Source of the DNA: Mobula hypostoma
Lineage: Eukaryota
Assembly (NCBI RefSeq): GCF_963921235.1
Contig: NC_086110.1
Location: 13,578,001 to 13,642,000, forward strand
DNA length: 64,000 nt
Direction: 5' to 3'
Under the pieces are notes generated by a model, which saw nothing but the letters and a program-made list of their open reading frames with translations, did not search any database and was not told the DNA's origin. Made by a program: the position numbers and the translations under genes. Of this stretch, positions 11,801 through 23,587 are shown one piece after another (the stretch's first letter is position 1; each line of letters starts with the position of its first letter).

Positions 11801-13563
11801 GATTGTAATGGGGGATAAGGAGATGGAAGAGTAACTGAACGAGTATTTTGCATGAGTCTTCACTGAGGGAGACATCAGTAGTATACCGGACACTCAAGGG
11901 TGGCAGGGAACAGAAGTGTGCGCAGTCAAAATTACGACAGAAAAAGTACTCAGGACGGTGAATAGTCTAATGGTAGATAAATCACCCGGACCAGATGGAA
12001 TGCACCCAAGTGTTCTGAAGGAAGTAGCTGTGGAGATTGTGGAGGCATTAGCGATGATCTTTCAAAAGTCGATAGATTCTGGCATGACTCCAGAGGACTG
12101 GAAGATTGCAAATGCCACTCCGCTATTTAAGAAGCTGACAAGGAAGTAAAACGGAAATTATAGACCTGTTAGCTTGACATCGGTGGTCGGGAAGTTGTTG
12201 GAGTCGATTGTCAAGGATGTGGTTACAGAGTACCTGGAGGCGTATGACGAGATAGGCAGAACTCAGCATGGATTTCTTAAAGGGAAATCCTGCCTGACAA
12301 ACCTATTACAATTTTTTGAGGAAATTACCAGTAGGCGAGACAAGGGAGATGCAGTGGATGTTGTATATTTGGATTTTCGGAAGGCCTTTGACAAGGTGCC
12401 ACACATGAGCCTACTTAGCAAGATAAGAGCCCATGGAATTACAGGAGAGTTACATACGTGGATAGAGTCTTGGCTGATTGGCAGGAAACAGAGAGTGGGA
12501 ATAAAGGGATCCTATTCTGATTGGCTGCCGGTTACCAGTGGTGTTTCACGGGGGTCCATGTTGGGGCCGCTTCTTTTTACATTGAACATCAACGATTTAG
12601 ATTATGGAATAGATGGCTTTGTGGCTAAGTTTGCTGACGATACGAAGCTAGGTGGAGAGTCTGCAGAGAGACTTGGATAGATTGGAAGAATGAGGAGAGA
12701 AGTGGCAAATGAAGTATAATGTTGGAAAGTGTATGGTTATGCACTTTGGCGGAAGAAATAAACGTGCAGACTATTATTTAAATGGGGAAAGGATTCAAAG
12801 TTCTGAGATGCAACGGGACTTGGGAGTCCTTGTACAGGATACCCTTAAGGTTAACCTCCAGGTTGAGCCGGTAGTGAAGAAGGCGAATGCAATGGTGGCA
12901 TTCATTTCTAGAGGAATAGAGTATAGGAGTAGGGATGTGATGTTGAGGCTCTGTAAGGCGTTGGTGAGACCTCAGTTGGAGTACTGTGGGCATTTGCGTT
13001 TCCTTATTTAAGAAAAGATGTGCTGACGTTGGAGATGGTACAGAGAACATTCACTAGAATGATTCCGGGAATGAGAGGGTTAACATATGAGGAACGTTTG
13101 TCCGCTCTTGGACTGTATTCCTTGGAGTTTAGAAGAATGAGGGGAAACCTTATACAAACATTTCGAATGTTCAAAGGCATGGACAGAGTGGATGTGGGAA
13201 AGTTGTTTTCCATGATGGAGGAGTCTACTACGAGAGGGCATGACTTAAGGATTGAGGGGCACCCATTCAGAACAGAAATGCGAAGAAATTATTTTAGTCA
13301 GAGGGTGGTGAATCTATGGAATTTGTTGCCACGGGCAGCAGTGGAGGCCAAGTCATTGGGTGTATTTAAGGCAGAGATTGATTGGTGTCTGCGTAGTCAG
13401 GGCATCAAATGTTATGGTGATAAGGCGGGGGAGTGGGACTGAATGGGAGAATGGACCAGCTCATGATAAAATGGCGGAGCAGACTCGATGGGTCGAATGG
13501 CCGACTTCTGCTCCTTTGTCTTATGGTCTTATGGTCTTATGGTCTTATGGTCTTATGGTCTAT
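8900..13563 (+). mobile_element. CR1 LINE (ORF1 esterase end, endonuclease, RT, 3' microsatellite tail), interrupted by a second CR1
   Basis: ORF1 remnant MVCCLPGARVRDVS (about 8970-9010); endonuclease remnant 10760-11300 (IVAITETW, VGDFN); RT ORFs 11916-13442; tail (TTATGGTC)x~5 at 13520-13563. Confidence 0.9.
9511..10672 (+). mobile_element. 5'-truncated CR1 (RT C-terminal half) nested in the host CR1
   Basis: ORF 9524-10471 (GVPQGSVLGP, KFADDTK, RPNLEYC); 3' tail tttctatggtt; host sequence resumes at about 10676. Confidence 0.9.
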
Positions 13564-13649
13564 CACTGGGACATGAATACTGCTTGTGGCACTGGTGTAC
13601 TTGCATGATCTCATCGTGTTTGCATCAACACTGGAGGAGCATGAGACGT

Positions 13650-15950
13650 GACGATTTATGTGTCAGGCCACCTGAAAGCGGAAGGATTAAAACTCTCACT
13701 GGACGAGTTCCTGTTCTTCAGCCGTCAGTGATCTATGTCATTCACATAGTCTCCCCGAATGGAGTGGCTACGGATCCCGGGAAGATATAGGCGGTAACCA
13801 CGTGGCCAAGGCCCAAGAATATGAGTGTCGCATGCTCATTCCTTGGATTCTGTGGGTACTACCAGAGATTTCTGAAGAGCCACTCCAGAGCAATCCATCA
13901 GTTGGATGAACTTCTATATGGTTACCCTCCTTTACTGAAGGAAGGTATGGAACAAAGGCAAAAGAAGGCAAGGTTTATTTTAGCTCTTTGGAGCCTTTAG
14001 AGGAAAGATGTGATGCAAAGTGCGAAGAGGCATTTCAGTTGTTGAAGAGTTATTGACTAAAACACCCTTCCCTGCCTTTGCAAACAACCAGTTGCCGTAT
14101 CTATTGCACACAGATGCCAGCCATGATGGATTAGGCGGGGTTCAATATCAAGATGAAGGTAAAGAGGCTTTTGCTTTCGTTAGCTGGTGTTTGGCACCAA
14201 CGGAACGAAACATCCCTGCACACAAATTCGAGTTTATGGCACTGAAATGGGAAGTGTGGGGGGGGGGTGAAATTAAGTGAATATCTGGTGCTAAATTCGA
14301 GGTTAGGACCAACAACAATCCAGTGACTTATATTCTCACTTCGGAGAAGTTGGATGTCATAGGTTATCGTTGGTTGACGGCGTTGTCTGCTTATGATTTC
14401 TGCCTTGCATATCGGCCTGGAAGTGAGCAATGATGCCGGTGCGTTTTCTCCAAGTTCTCATGAAGTGCCGGTAACAGACTGAGAGTGGGACGACGCTCCT
14501 GCCTCTGCTGTTGAAACAGTATGCCAGTTTTCCACAGCTGGAAAATCAGAGCACAGACTTTAGCCTGATAGAGCTGTTCGTTATTTGAGAGCTTGGATCC
14601 ATGCCATTCCCCAAGTATATTACAACTTTACCGCGCTGAATACGAAGAAGCTTCCTGCATTGAGTACTTCGGAACTGGCAGCAGCTCAGCAACACGACCC
14701 TTGTAAGGGTATGATCTGGTCATCTCTTGTGAAAGCCGATATGAATCCAGTTGAGAAGACAAAATACCCTGCCATACCCCTACCCACGAAGAAATGGGAC
14801 AAACTGGAGTTGAGGAACAAAGTTTCACACACTGTTCCATCTCCCCAGATAGACCTCGGCTTTCCCAGTTGCGTTTCCCTGAAAGAAGTATCCGATGATA
14901 GTACTGAAGTCACTTCAGGTCATTTGGGATTTGGCAAGACCTACGGATTGGTCCAATTTCGGTTTTATTGGACACAAGTGAAGCCTGGCGTTGAGAAGTA
15001 CTGTACGGCGTGCATCCAATGTATTCGGAGGAAGACTCTGCTTAATAAACTTGTCTATTAGACGCTGCCACTATCTCATTTACAAAGAACTGGACCACTT
15101 GACTTCGCGTGCATGGAACCTGATTCCAGTAACACTCCGAATGTCTTGGTCATCACGGTCTAATACACGTTATATGCTCAAGCGTTGTCCTCTTACGATC
15201 AGAGAGTATACACCGTTGCCAAAAGGTTATAGGATCAGTATATTATTCATTATGGCCTCCCGAGAAGGATGCATAGTGACCCGGGAAGGGATTTTGAGAG
15301 CCGGGTCATGTATAAGTTACGCAGTATGCTTGGATTTGAGAGGTCAAAGTCGACGCCATGTCACTCTCAAGGTGATCCTCAGCCCAAAGTTGAAAAGGAC
15401 ATTGCTAGACGTGCTTGGGACCCGAGATGCCAACAGAAGGAGAAAGTGGGGACAACATATTGGACATTTGTTACACTGCTACAACTGGACACAGAATGAA
15501 AACAATGGCTACTGGCCATACTATTTGATATTCGGACACAAAGCGAGGTTACTTGTAGACGGTTGGTTTGGAACCGCTGGGGTGGGGTGGGGCTTTCCGC
15601 AGAACACGTATCTCAAGTATGTATCTGACGTGAGAAAAGAAATGTGAAAAAGCCCTAGTAGCAGTTTCTGCTACCAAGCAAAACCAGGGAACATTCGAAG
15701 AGATATGGTCAAAGCATCATGCTCAGCCACTTGATGCCTGGACAAAGAGTTCTAATAAGAAATTTGGGATTACAAGGGAAGCATAAGTTTGCCAAACACT
15801 GGGTTTCTACGCCTTACGTAGTGGAGAGCCAGATGCCAAATTTGCCGGTTTTCCAGGTGAAGCCATGGTCCTGTCCATTTTCTTCATTAGCGCCATATTT
15901 TACCACAAGGGCAATAAGAACATGTTAGCCCAGAGTCTGACATGGAGCCT
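13650..15950 (+). mobile_element. Canonical-order Ty3/gypsy pol fragment (RT end, RNase H, integrase), decayed
   Basis: GVATDPGKI, FLGFCGYY, LHTDASHDGLG, then GHLGFGKT..FYW..C..C (integrase zinc finger) and HSDPGRDFES; integrase follows RNase H. Confidence 0.88.
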
Positions 15951-16100
15951 AAACCAAATAGTAAACTCTGCTCAGCAGGAGAACAGAAAGGCAACAAACT
16001 GACAATAGTGTGATTTCAGCGCAAATTCATTAGAGTTTTGTGATACAAATAATGATTTGATAACTTACTAAAGTTTATAACGTCATGAGGACATGACTAC

Positions 16101-16392
16101 ATTTGGTGTGGGAGAATGTTAAGAACATATTCTATTGTATTCCTACTGCTATGCTGTTCGGTATCTTAATTTTCAGCACATTTTCTGCAAGACGCAGTGT
16201 GCTCAGTTCATTAAGCTTTATAGACCATTATTTTGATTTCTGCTTAGATAAAGAGTTGTTTGCTCATCTGAGGAATGTTGTGTCAGCCAGTCGGGATGTC
16301 TTAGTAAAATTCTGTCCAGTAGGATGCCACAGAACATTCGAAAGAGTTGGACGGGATCAGATGTCTCTGAGGGACAATGGGTTGATTTTCGG
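16101..16392 (-). pseudogene. Decayed C1-set Ig exon of paralogue 3
   Basis: Phase-1 acceptor caaag|CC GAA AAT CAA CCC ATT GTC; frameshifted motifs FY*DI..DW, NQNNGL*SL, STLRL, QHSS; length about 292 nt vs 294 for the intact C1 exon; lies downstream of the decayed V exon. Confidence 0.45.
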
Positions 16393-17121
16393 CTTTGTTT
16401 GCAGGTGTCGGAAGAGCAAGGAGGTGTAGAGACGTGGACAAGCAGATTCCCACCCGAAGGGGAGACCGTGTTGTGAGAAGTGCTTTGAGCAGACGAATGG
16501 GTCCAAGGAAGAAATGTAAATATTTTTGAGTTAGCCAAGCCAGATCATTCATAACGATCTTCGAGGGAAGTCCGAACAGTGGCTGCCCACATGTGTTCAT
16601 CACCCTGAGTACTTAAAGTGAATCATCCGACTATCCAAGTATATGCTTCGACGTTCATATGCACACTTTGACTGGTTTACCTGTAAAGGGCCCTTTTTCT
16701 TTTATTGTTCTATTAACTGTTTGTTGAAGTTGAAATATCTGTGAATATACCTCCAATATCATTAAAAGCCGCTGTAAGGTCTATTCCTTCCTGTTGAGCG
16801 ATGACTTTGCATGGGGCAGTAATGATACAACATGCCCCGCAATTTTCGTTCGCTCAATGGAACAATCCAACTTTCCATTTTAGTTGAACCCGGATTTTAC
16901 CGACTCTAGACGTGTGTTGCTTATTGACTGTGGCCTCCGCTCGGTTACCCATGCAAAACTGGGTCACGTGGCTGTTTGCCAGGGTCAGCTAACAGGCCTA
17001 GTTTGTTACGAGCATCGGTGAGAGGGTAACACCAGAAATAACATTTCAAAAAATTCCCTCAATCCGGCGTTAGTCAAATTGCAAAGAGAGGAAATTTTTC
17101 TGTTTCCAGGAACCAAGGCAC

Positions 17122-17423
17122 CAGTTAACAGAATAGTCGAGAGCCGCTTTTATTTCCGAAAATAAAATGTTGCTGGAATTTTTACTTGACGGCAACAGAC
17201 TCCGAAGTCTGCGATACTAACATTCAGGAGGATAAATGTGCCCTTGTTATTCTTTACATTGAACCACTGTTTTCTGCTGACTGGTTCTATAAATGTCCCC
17301 CACCCCCGCCCAAACGAAACTTCAGCAATATTCTGTCGAATTGGAAATTTGCAGAACATGTATGCTGTTCCACCGATTGAGATGTTTAAGATTGGAAGGA
17401 CTGTTCCACTTTGGCCGAAGTTA
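17122..17423 (-). pseudogene. Decayed germline-joined VJ exon of paralogue 3
   Basis: Phase-1 acceptor reads TSAKVEQS, then a frameshift into ILNISIGGTAYMFC..VSF..FIEPVSRKQWFNVKNNKGTFILLNVSIADFGVCC, colinear with the intact V (FLESDSRKQFSLEKTRGTLVLLDVKFADSGIYYC); J-like FGNKSGSRL; 302 nt. Confidence 0.8.
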
Positions 17424-17630
17424 CTTTTGCAGTTCATAAAGCATAAATGAGAGTGATGAAAACAGTTGCATCCACTGGACAAATAACTCAGCAGACTAAG
17501 TAGGAAGAAGAAAGAAGAAACGACAATATTAGAATTGAATGTGTGCGATGGCCTAAGTTGCAGTGTAAATAATGTATAATATTATAACATCGGCTTAGCT
17601 CCAAACCATTAGCACAATAATTAATTGTAC

Positions 17631-17682
17631 CTGTGCACATGGCCAAAATACAGTGAAAAAGTAACTCACCGAACTGTTGTAT
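17631..17682 (-). pseudogene. Decayed leader exon of paralogue 3 (ATG apparently mutated to ATA)
   Basis: IQQFGELLFHCILAMCT-G, phase-1 donor GTACAA; 207-nt intron to the V exon vs 210 nt in the intact gene. Confidence 0.6.
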
Positions 17683-18260
17683 CTGTAACTTTAAGGAAAT
17701 AAAACGAAAAGAGGCGTTTTATGTTTAATGGAAACTGTAACATGTTTTATTGAACACATCACCTACAAACCAAAGCGGACTAACACTCTATGTGTGATAA
17801 CGTCGTCACTACGGAGCAGCCCATTAAAGTGAAATCCCAACCCAAAAACGTTACCCTTCACAAAGCCTCCCCACCCCAACCCCCACAATGAGCCTACTGT
17901 CGGAATGGGGCCACACTCAGTTTCCAGAGTTGTTGTATAGCAGTTACCTTCCGGTTAAGTTTGTCTTTTGTTTACTTTTCACTAGTATTGAGCAGAGTTA
18001 AATAAATGTTAGCAACACACACCAAAGTTACTGGTGAACGCAGCAGGCTAGGCAGCATCACTAGGAAGAGGTACAGTCGAAGTTTCGGGCTGAGACCCTT
18101 CGTCGAGACTAACAGCAGGAAGAGCTAGTAAGAGATTTGAAAGTGGGAGGGGGAGAAGGAGAACCAAAATGATAGGAGAAGACAGGAGAGGGAGGGATGG
18201 AGCTAAGAGGTGGACAGATGATTGGCAAAAGGGATATGAGATGATCATGGGACAGAAGGC

Positions 18261-18690
18261 CCATGATCCTCTCATATCCCTTTTGCACCTGTCCCATGAT
18301 CCTCTCATATCCCTTTTGCCCCTGTCCCATGATCCTCTCATATCCCTTTCGCCTCTGTCCCATGAACCTCTCATATCCCTTTTGCCCCTGTATCATGATC
18401 CTCTCATATCCCTTTTGCCCTGTCCCATGATCCTCTCATATCCCTTTTGCCCTGTCCCATGATCCACTCATATCCCTTTTGCCCCTGTCCCGTGATCCTC
18501 TCATATCCCTTTTGCCCCTGTATCATGATCCTCTCATATCCCTTTTGCCCTGTCTCATGATCCTCTCATATCCCTTTTACCCCTGTCCCATGATCCTCTC
18601 ATACCCCTTTTGTCGCTGTCCCATGATCTTCTCATATCCCTTTTGCCCCGGCCCATGATCCTCTCATATCCCTTTTGCCCCTGTCCCATG
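18261..18690 (+). repeat. 33-bp minisatellite, about 13 copies (cccatgatcctctcatatcccttttgcccctgt)
   Basis: ccatgat recurs at 18261, 18294, 18327 and onward. Confidence 0.95.
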
Positions 18691-18820
18691 ATCAACTCCT
18701 ATCCCTTTTGCCAATCACCTGTCCAGCTCTTGGCTCCATCCCTCCACCTCCTGTCTTCTCCTATCATTTTGGATCACCCCCTCCCCCTCCCACTTTCAAA
18801 TCTCTTACTAACTCTTCCTT

Positions 18821-18863
18821 CAGTTAACCCTGACGAAGGGTCTCGGCCCGAAACGTCGACTGT
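18821..18863 (+). ncRNA. Minimal type-I hammerhead ribozyme motif of a Penelope terminus
   Basis: CUGACGA, stem II GGG..CCC, GAAAC, GUC cleavage triplet; stem I weakened; the inverted copy (about 18075-18112) has a mutated core (UCGACGA, UUC). Confidence 0.65.
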
Positions 18864-19799
18864 ACCTCTTCCTAGAGTTGCTGCCTGGCCTGCTGCATTC
18901 ACCAGCAACTTTGATGTGTGATGCTTGAATTTCCAACATCTGCAGAATTCCTCCTGTTTACGTTAATAAATGTTACGTTTGTTTATTAAACCTGACTCAC
19001 TTCTATATTCATTTCTGCTGATGACATAACAATCCTTTCACGCTTGGAATGCTGTCAGTCATCGATATGGTTTAAGATTAAAACTTTAAACTCCGTTTCA
19101 TTTCATATTGTTATGAAACCTCTCATTTTTTCTCTTTCCGGAAAGCACACGTCGTAGAATCGCAAACAATTATATCACAGAACACATTAGAAACATTCAG
19201 TTGCGAGGAAGAGGCTTGGAAGTTAATTTATGGAGAAATAATCCATTGTCTGTAACCTAAATGTTGAGCTTTAAAAAAGGCCAAAACTTCGCAATTTGAT
19301 TTTTGAGACAAATGTAAATTTTTACCACAAACGCTTTCAATGATATCATCAGCGGGCACGTTAGTGCATTTCCATGCTCTGCTATTTCTAATTTCCTGAT
19401 AACCTGCACGAGGAGTTCGTTGTAGATTTTTAGCTGAAAGAAACATTGAAGCCTGGAATGCATCACGGAAGAGGGCTCTTCCACCCCTGTCATCCACCCC
19501 TGTCATCCATTCTGAACAAAACATTTGCGTAGCCTTTCTTTTATCTGCCTCCAGCACGGTACCACTTACTCTAACAGCTTGTTCTATATACCTACTATCT
19601 TCTGTCTGAAAACCGTGCCATTCCCAGTTCCTCCTTAAATATTTTCTCTTCCAGTTCACAGCTATGTTTCTAGATTTGGATCCCCTGTATTGAGAAATCG
19701 ACTATGAGCATCTCGTATGTTAATGTCCGTAACAATTGTGTGTGTTTTTTTTTTCCACATTCATAAGGTAATCACTCAGTCACCTGTACTCCGGGTGTC

Positions 19800-20140
19800 A
19801 GAATCCAGAATAAGAAAGGTGTGGAGCGGGTAAGGGGAAGGTGGTGGGTGACATGTGAAACCAGGAGAGTGCGAAATCCTGTGGATTATTGGGTTGGGAA
19901 TGACGTAAGAAGCAGGGGTTTGACGGGTGGAGAGGATAAACGTTGTAAGAAGGAATCAGAATGGGAGGACAGTGGACCCTGCAAAATGGAAGAAAAAGGA
20001 GCACTGGTGGGGTGGAGTGTGATGGGTTGATGATGAGAAGAGAAGAGGTGAAAGGGAACCAGAATGGGGAATAGAAAAGAGATAGCACGGAATGATGGGG
20101 ACATTCCCAATTGTTAGAGAAATCGACTTTTGTGCCTTCC
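19800..20140 (-). mobile_element. Degenerate Penelope-like ORF fragment
   Basis: ITLHPTS..LQR motif resembles the PLE segment between RT and GIY-YIG; heavily decayed. Confidence 0.35.
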
Positions 20141-20159
20141 GGTTGGAATAAAATAACCA

Positions 20160-20470
20160 GCTTACCATATAAAAGTTACAGCAAGGAAACAATCCATCTC
20201 GGCCCTTCTAGTCCGTGCCGAACTCTTACTCTCACCTAGTCCCACGGACCTGCACTCAGTATATAACCATATAACAATTACAGCACATAAACAGGCCATC
20301 TCGGCCCTTCTAGTCCGAAAAATATTATGTTTGCACCATAATGTTAAGTTCCCTGGGATACTCCGGTTTCCTCCTACACTCCAAAGACTTACGGGTTAGT
20401 AGTTTAGTTCGTCACATGGGCACATGGGTGTGATTAGGCGGTGTGGACTTGTACTGGAAGGCCCTGTGTT
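20160..20470. repeat. Two CR1 3'-end fragments plus a SINE body fragment
   Basis: catctcggcccttctagtccg occurs twice (as at 6660); ctccggtttcctcctacactccaaagac is a SINE-core-like tract. Confidence 0.55.
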
Positions 20471-20998
20471 CTATTGCTAAAGCAAATCTATATCTTAAGC
20501 ACGCTGATCTCTCTGCTTTACCAGATAATAGCTAATGCACTCTTCCTGCTATCGATCTTTGCGAAATTCTTTGCTCTCCCTCTGGTTTAGTGAAGCAAAG
20601 GCAGTGGTGTGCTCAAACGGTGCTTGTTCAACCTTTTGGAAAATTATATTTAATATAGCTAACTGATAGAGAGCTCAGGGATCATACACTAAATTATGTA
20701 AAAATCCAAACACTAAGGATAAAAAAAAATGTTGGAGTAACATTTTGTCTGCACACAATCATACTGTCCATACATCAAACCAGAGGTGGGATATCGACCG
20801 TTTCAGGGTGGAAGTCGCTATGTTAACTTCAGATTTTCAAACCACCGGCTGTAAGAATCGTACGGATAGGATGGGGTTCTCAGTTCTGGCCATCTCTTTT
20901 ATTTCATCTACTAATTCCTATACCTTACGCCCCACGAGGTTATGTACATGGACATCATACAATGTTCCACCTCTTATGCATGCGTCGAATTATTGTAA

Positions 20999-21174
20999 TC
21001 ATTGGCATGACCAGAATTCGTCCCCGTCGTACAAGCTCAAACTGTGACCCTTCCCACTCACATTATTTAATTTAAGGATATTGGAGCAAATAAGAAGTCC
21101 TGATGGTAAGTCTCGCTTAACGAAGGCAAGCTCGAGTGCGGCATCCTGGTCCTCCATTGATTTGACTGGTTTTG
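20999..21174 (-). CDS. Candidate terminal cytoplasmic exon of the intact VJ-C1 gene (xKPVKSMEDQ...FWSCQ*)
   Basis: Phase-1 acceptor ttaccag, open to TGA; AATAAA about 100 nt downstream (20898-20903); an internal GTGAGT donor offers an alternative. Confidence 0.3.
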
Positions 21175-22247
21175 CTGGTAAATCACTTAAATTACGATCG
21201 AAGTACGTACAGTAAATGGACGTAGTAGTTACAGTAAATGAATAAAATGGCATTTGTTTTGGCTAAAATTATGTCATAGCGTTTGATAGAAAAATGTAAT
21301 GGTAAAAATTTAATCATGAATGCTTCAGCTTCAACTTGATATCACTCTAAGAGGCACCCCTACATTTCCGGAAGTGTTACGAACACTGGTAGAAGATTTA
21401 GTGGAATTCTATATAATGAAATCGGTGATGTATGTATGACTACCCTGTCTTAGTTACTGCAGTCTCTTCATTTGCACCTAAAGACGTGACGTGAAATTAA
21501 AACTAATTGCATCAACCTGGAGAAAGTGACTAATGAAACACAAGAAGAGAAATGTTATCAGGTAGGGAAAATTTAATAAGATTGAAGTACTGGAAACCTG
21601 AAATAAAACAAAGAAATGGAAGACACAAAACTTTAGTTGATCAGGAACCACCAGTTAAAGAGAAGCAGTTAACGTTGTATTCTGGCGAATGGTCTTCAAT
21701 CTGGAATGTCAGCTGGTTCTCTTTCCAAAAATGCCGTCAGTAGCTACCGATTGTTTTCTGTTTGAATTCCAAATGGGAAAAGGCAATACTTTTATCCGTT
21801 TTCGGTATTTCTTCCCAAATTGAGGATAATGATCATTCAGCATAGCATCGTGGACCAGAAGATGCCATGTGCAGTTTCATTTAACATGTGGTTATCATTG
21901 TTCACCACATACTACAGCGTTTTGTTGCAAGTATATTCGATTCCATTGCAGGTTATGCACTGCTGTGTGGATTTTCGTTGCGGATCGGCGTTAAAACTGC
22001 ATGTAATATTGCAAAGACCAGTTCAACAAAACATTACGTCGTTGCATTTTTTTTATCTTGTTTACTATCCGTTGAGATTAAATGTAGCAGACATTACGAA
22101 TTGATTTGAGAACGCACTGTACTTTCCCATTGTGCAGTAAACTGTGATTCTCGTAAACTAGCATCTACTAGTTTCTCGCAGTCTCAGATGTTTGTTTAAT
22201 TATTCGCCAAACTATGTTACCTTCCACTGGGAAACATTACCGCTCAC

Positions 22248-22282
22248 CTTCCAATGCAACCGCTTACGAACTGGCGTGGAAT
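22248..22282 (-). CDS. Candidate cytoplasmic mini-exon (DSTPV, or DSTPVRKRLHWK)
   Basis: Acceptor cttcctgtgttctttcaag; alternative donors GTAAGC (exon ends 22268, phase 1) or GTGAGC (ends 22248, phase 0). Confidence 0.45.
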
Positions 22283-22426
22283 CTTGAAAGAACACAGGAA
22301 GCAGATGCAACGGGTACATTCAAATAAATCATGGATATATACTTGAAAATAGTTTTAAATTTTCCTGCTACGCTCCAAAGTTTTATGGAATAAAATAGAT
22401 TCATAATATCTATGCTATGCGTGTAC

Positions 22427-22504
22427 CCTGCTCTGAAACAAGACGAGTCACGGCATCTACCGGGTCTTCATTCTGACATCCGGCCAAATAATTTGTGTTA
22501 CGCC
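22427..22504 (-). CDS. Candidate cytoplasmic exon (GRNTNYLAGCQNEDPVDAVTRLVSEQ)
   Basis: Strong polypyrimidine acceptor tttctttttgttttcttttctgaag; open in phase 1-1; 78 nt; weak donor GTACAC. Confidence 0.5.
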
Positions 22505-23030
22505 CTTCAGAAAAGAAAACAAAAAGAAATAATTTGCATTGTAAACACTGAACATTATCCGTTTGATACTCATCGAATTAATCATCTAAGTGGAACTGCT
22601 GAAGTTACAGGTCTTTCAGAAATTATTTGCTGGTAACAGTCGTGGTAATATACTCTGTTCTGCATTCATCTGCTGCTATGCTCAAAGAGTTTTGACTTTC
22701 AACGAGGCTGTAAAGTGATAATAGCATTACAGCGGCCGTACTGTATTTAAATATTGTAACCAACATGGAAATTAAGACCAATGAGCCGTACATAAGTTGG
22801 TCAATGTTCTTCACACAATCAGAGGGACTTTAGATCAACCCCAAGTCTTTTATGTTTCAAAATACGGATCTGCCATTTTACTGAAAAGGACATTTGAAGA
22901 ACTCCAAAGGGATATAGCAGCAATCGTGAATGAGATATGAAATACTTCCAGTGGACTGGTGAAATAGTTGAATTTTAAAATCCAGCTTGTATTGTGCCAG
23001 AATATTATCACTGAAATCCGGCTTCGAAAA

Positions 23031-23068
23031 TCACGATCCATGTCCAATCATGCTGTAAATGTCATTTG
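23031..23068 (-). CDS. Alternative candidate short terminal exon (ANDIYSMIGHGS*)
   Basis: Phase-1 acceptor aaaacag; removing the SINE leaves a 79-nt intron from the TM exon; contains YxxI. Confidence 0.35.
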
Positions 23069-23090
23069 CTGTTTTAAAGTTAAATATCAT

Positions 23091-23415
23091 AATAGGAATC
23101 CTTAGTTTCATGAGACCATGGATTTGCCACTCGCTTGAACAACATCGGTGGTGTGTTAGAAAGTTTCCTTGGAAAGTTTCCAGGGCGCAGGCCTAAACAA
23201 GTTTGTATGGACGACCAGCAGTTGCCCATGCTGCCATTCTCCCCTCTCCACGCCACGGATGTTGACGAAGGGAATGCCATTAGGACATGCAGCTTGGCAC
23301 CGGTGCTGTCGCTATGTGTGGTTAAGTGCCTTCCTGAAGGACACACAGCCAAGATCAATTAGCGACCTTCAAATCACTGGACGAACCCCTTAACCACTTG
23401 GCCACGGGCCAACAC
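23091..23415 (-). mobile_element. tRNA-derived SINE with 10-bp TSD
   Basis: A-box-like GTGGCCAAGTGG at the 5' end; TSD taaatatcat at 23081-23090 and 23416-23425. Confidence 0.85.
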
Positions 23416-23482
23416 TAAATATCATTAAAGCTTCTATTTTGTACGAATATACGTGATGTTTCTCAGCGATCACAGTTCTTAC

Positions 23483-23587
23483 CGTGCGATCTCTTTCTCT
23501 TCAGCGAAGTTATTATCAGAACTAAAATTGCCAATCCGCCGACTGCACATGTAAGAATTAATCTAAGATCAGCGCCTTGTAGATCTA
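23483..23587 (-). CDS. Transmembrane exon of the VJ-C1 receptor (VDLQGADLRLILTCAVGGLAILVLIITSLKRKRSH)
   Basis: Acceptor tttgtttcctccag, donor GTAAGA, phase 1-1, 105 nt; hydrophobic stretch of about 22 aa followed by basic stop-transfer KRKR. Confidence 0.9.

Larger units (their letters stand above)
18012..18964. mobile_element. Penelope-like insertion: two inverted terminal-repeat copies around a minisatellite, 11-bp TSD
   Basis: Arm about 18013-18255 is the reverse complement of about 18660-18925; TSD aataaatgtta at 18001-18011 and 18965-18975; PLE terminal motif CTGACGAAGGGTCTCGGCCCGAAACGTCGAC. Confidence 0.82.

Noticed and set aside
18261-18690. CRISPR-like regular repeats (also 53215-54250)
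   Set aside because: Units are head-to-tail with no unique spacers, there are no cas genes, and the context is eukaryotic
18048-18921. Short repetitive ORFs (MRGSWDRGKRD repeats)
   Set aside because: Translations of the 33-bp minisatellite and Penelope terminal repeats
19228-19659. 143-aa minus-strand ORF
   Set aside because: No domain motifs; part resembles degenerate CR1 3' sequence
22623-22814. Possible phase-2 terminal exon with TEYITT (ITSM-like)
   Set aside because: Y+3 is Thr rather than V/I, and it needs a weak phase-2 donor upstream
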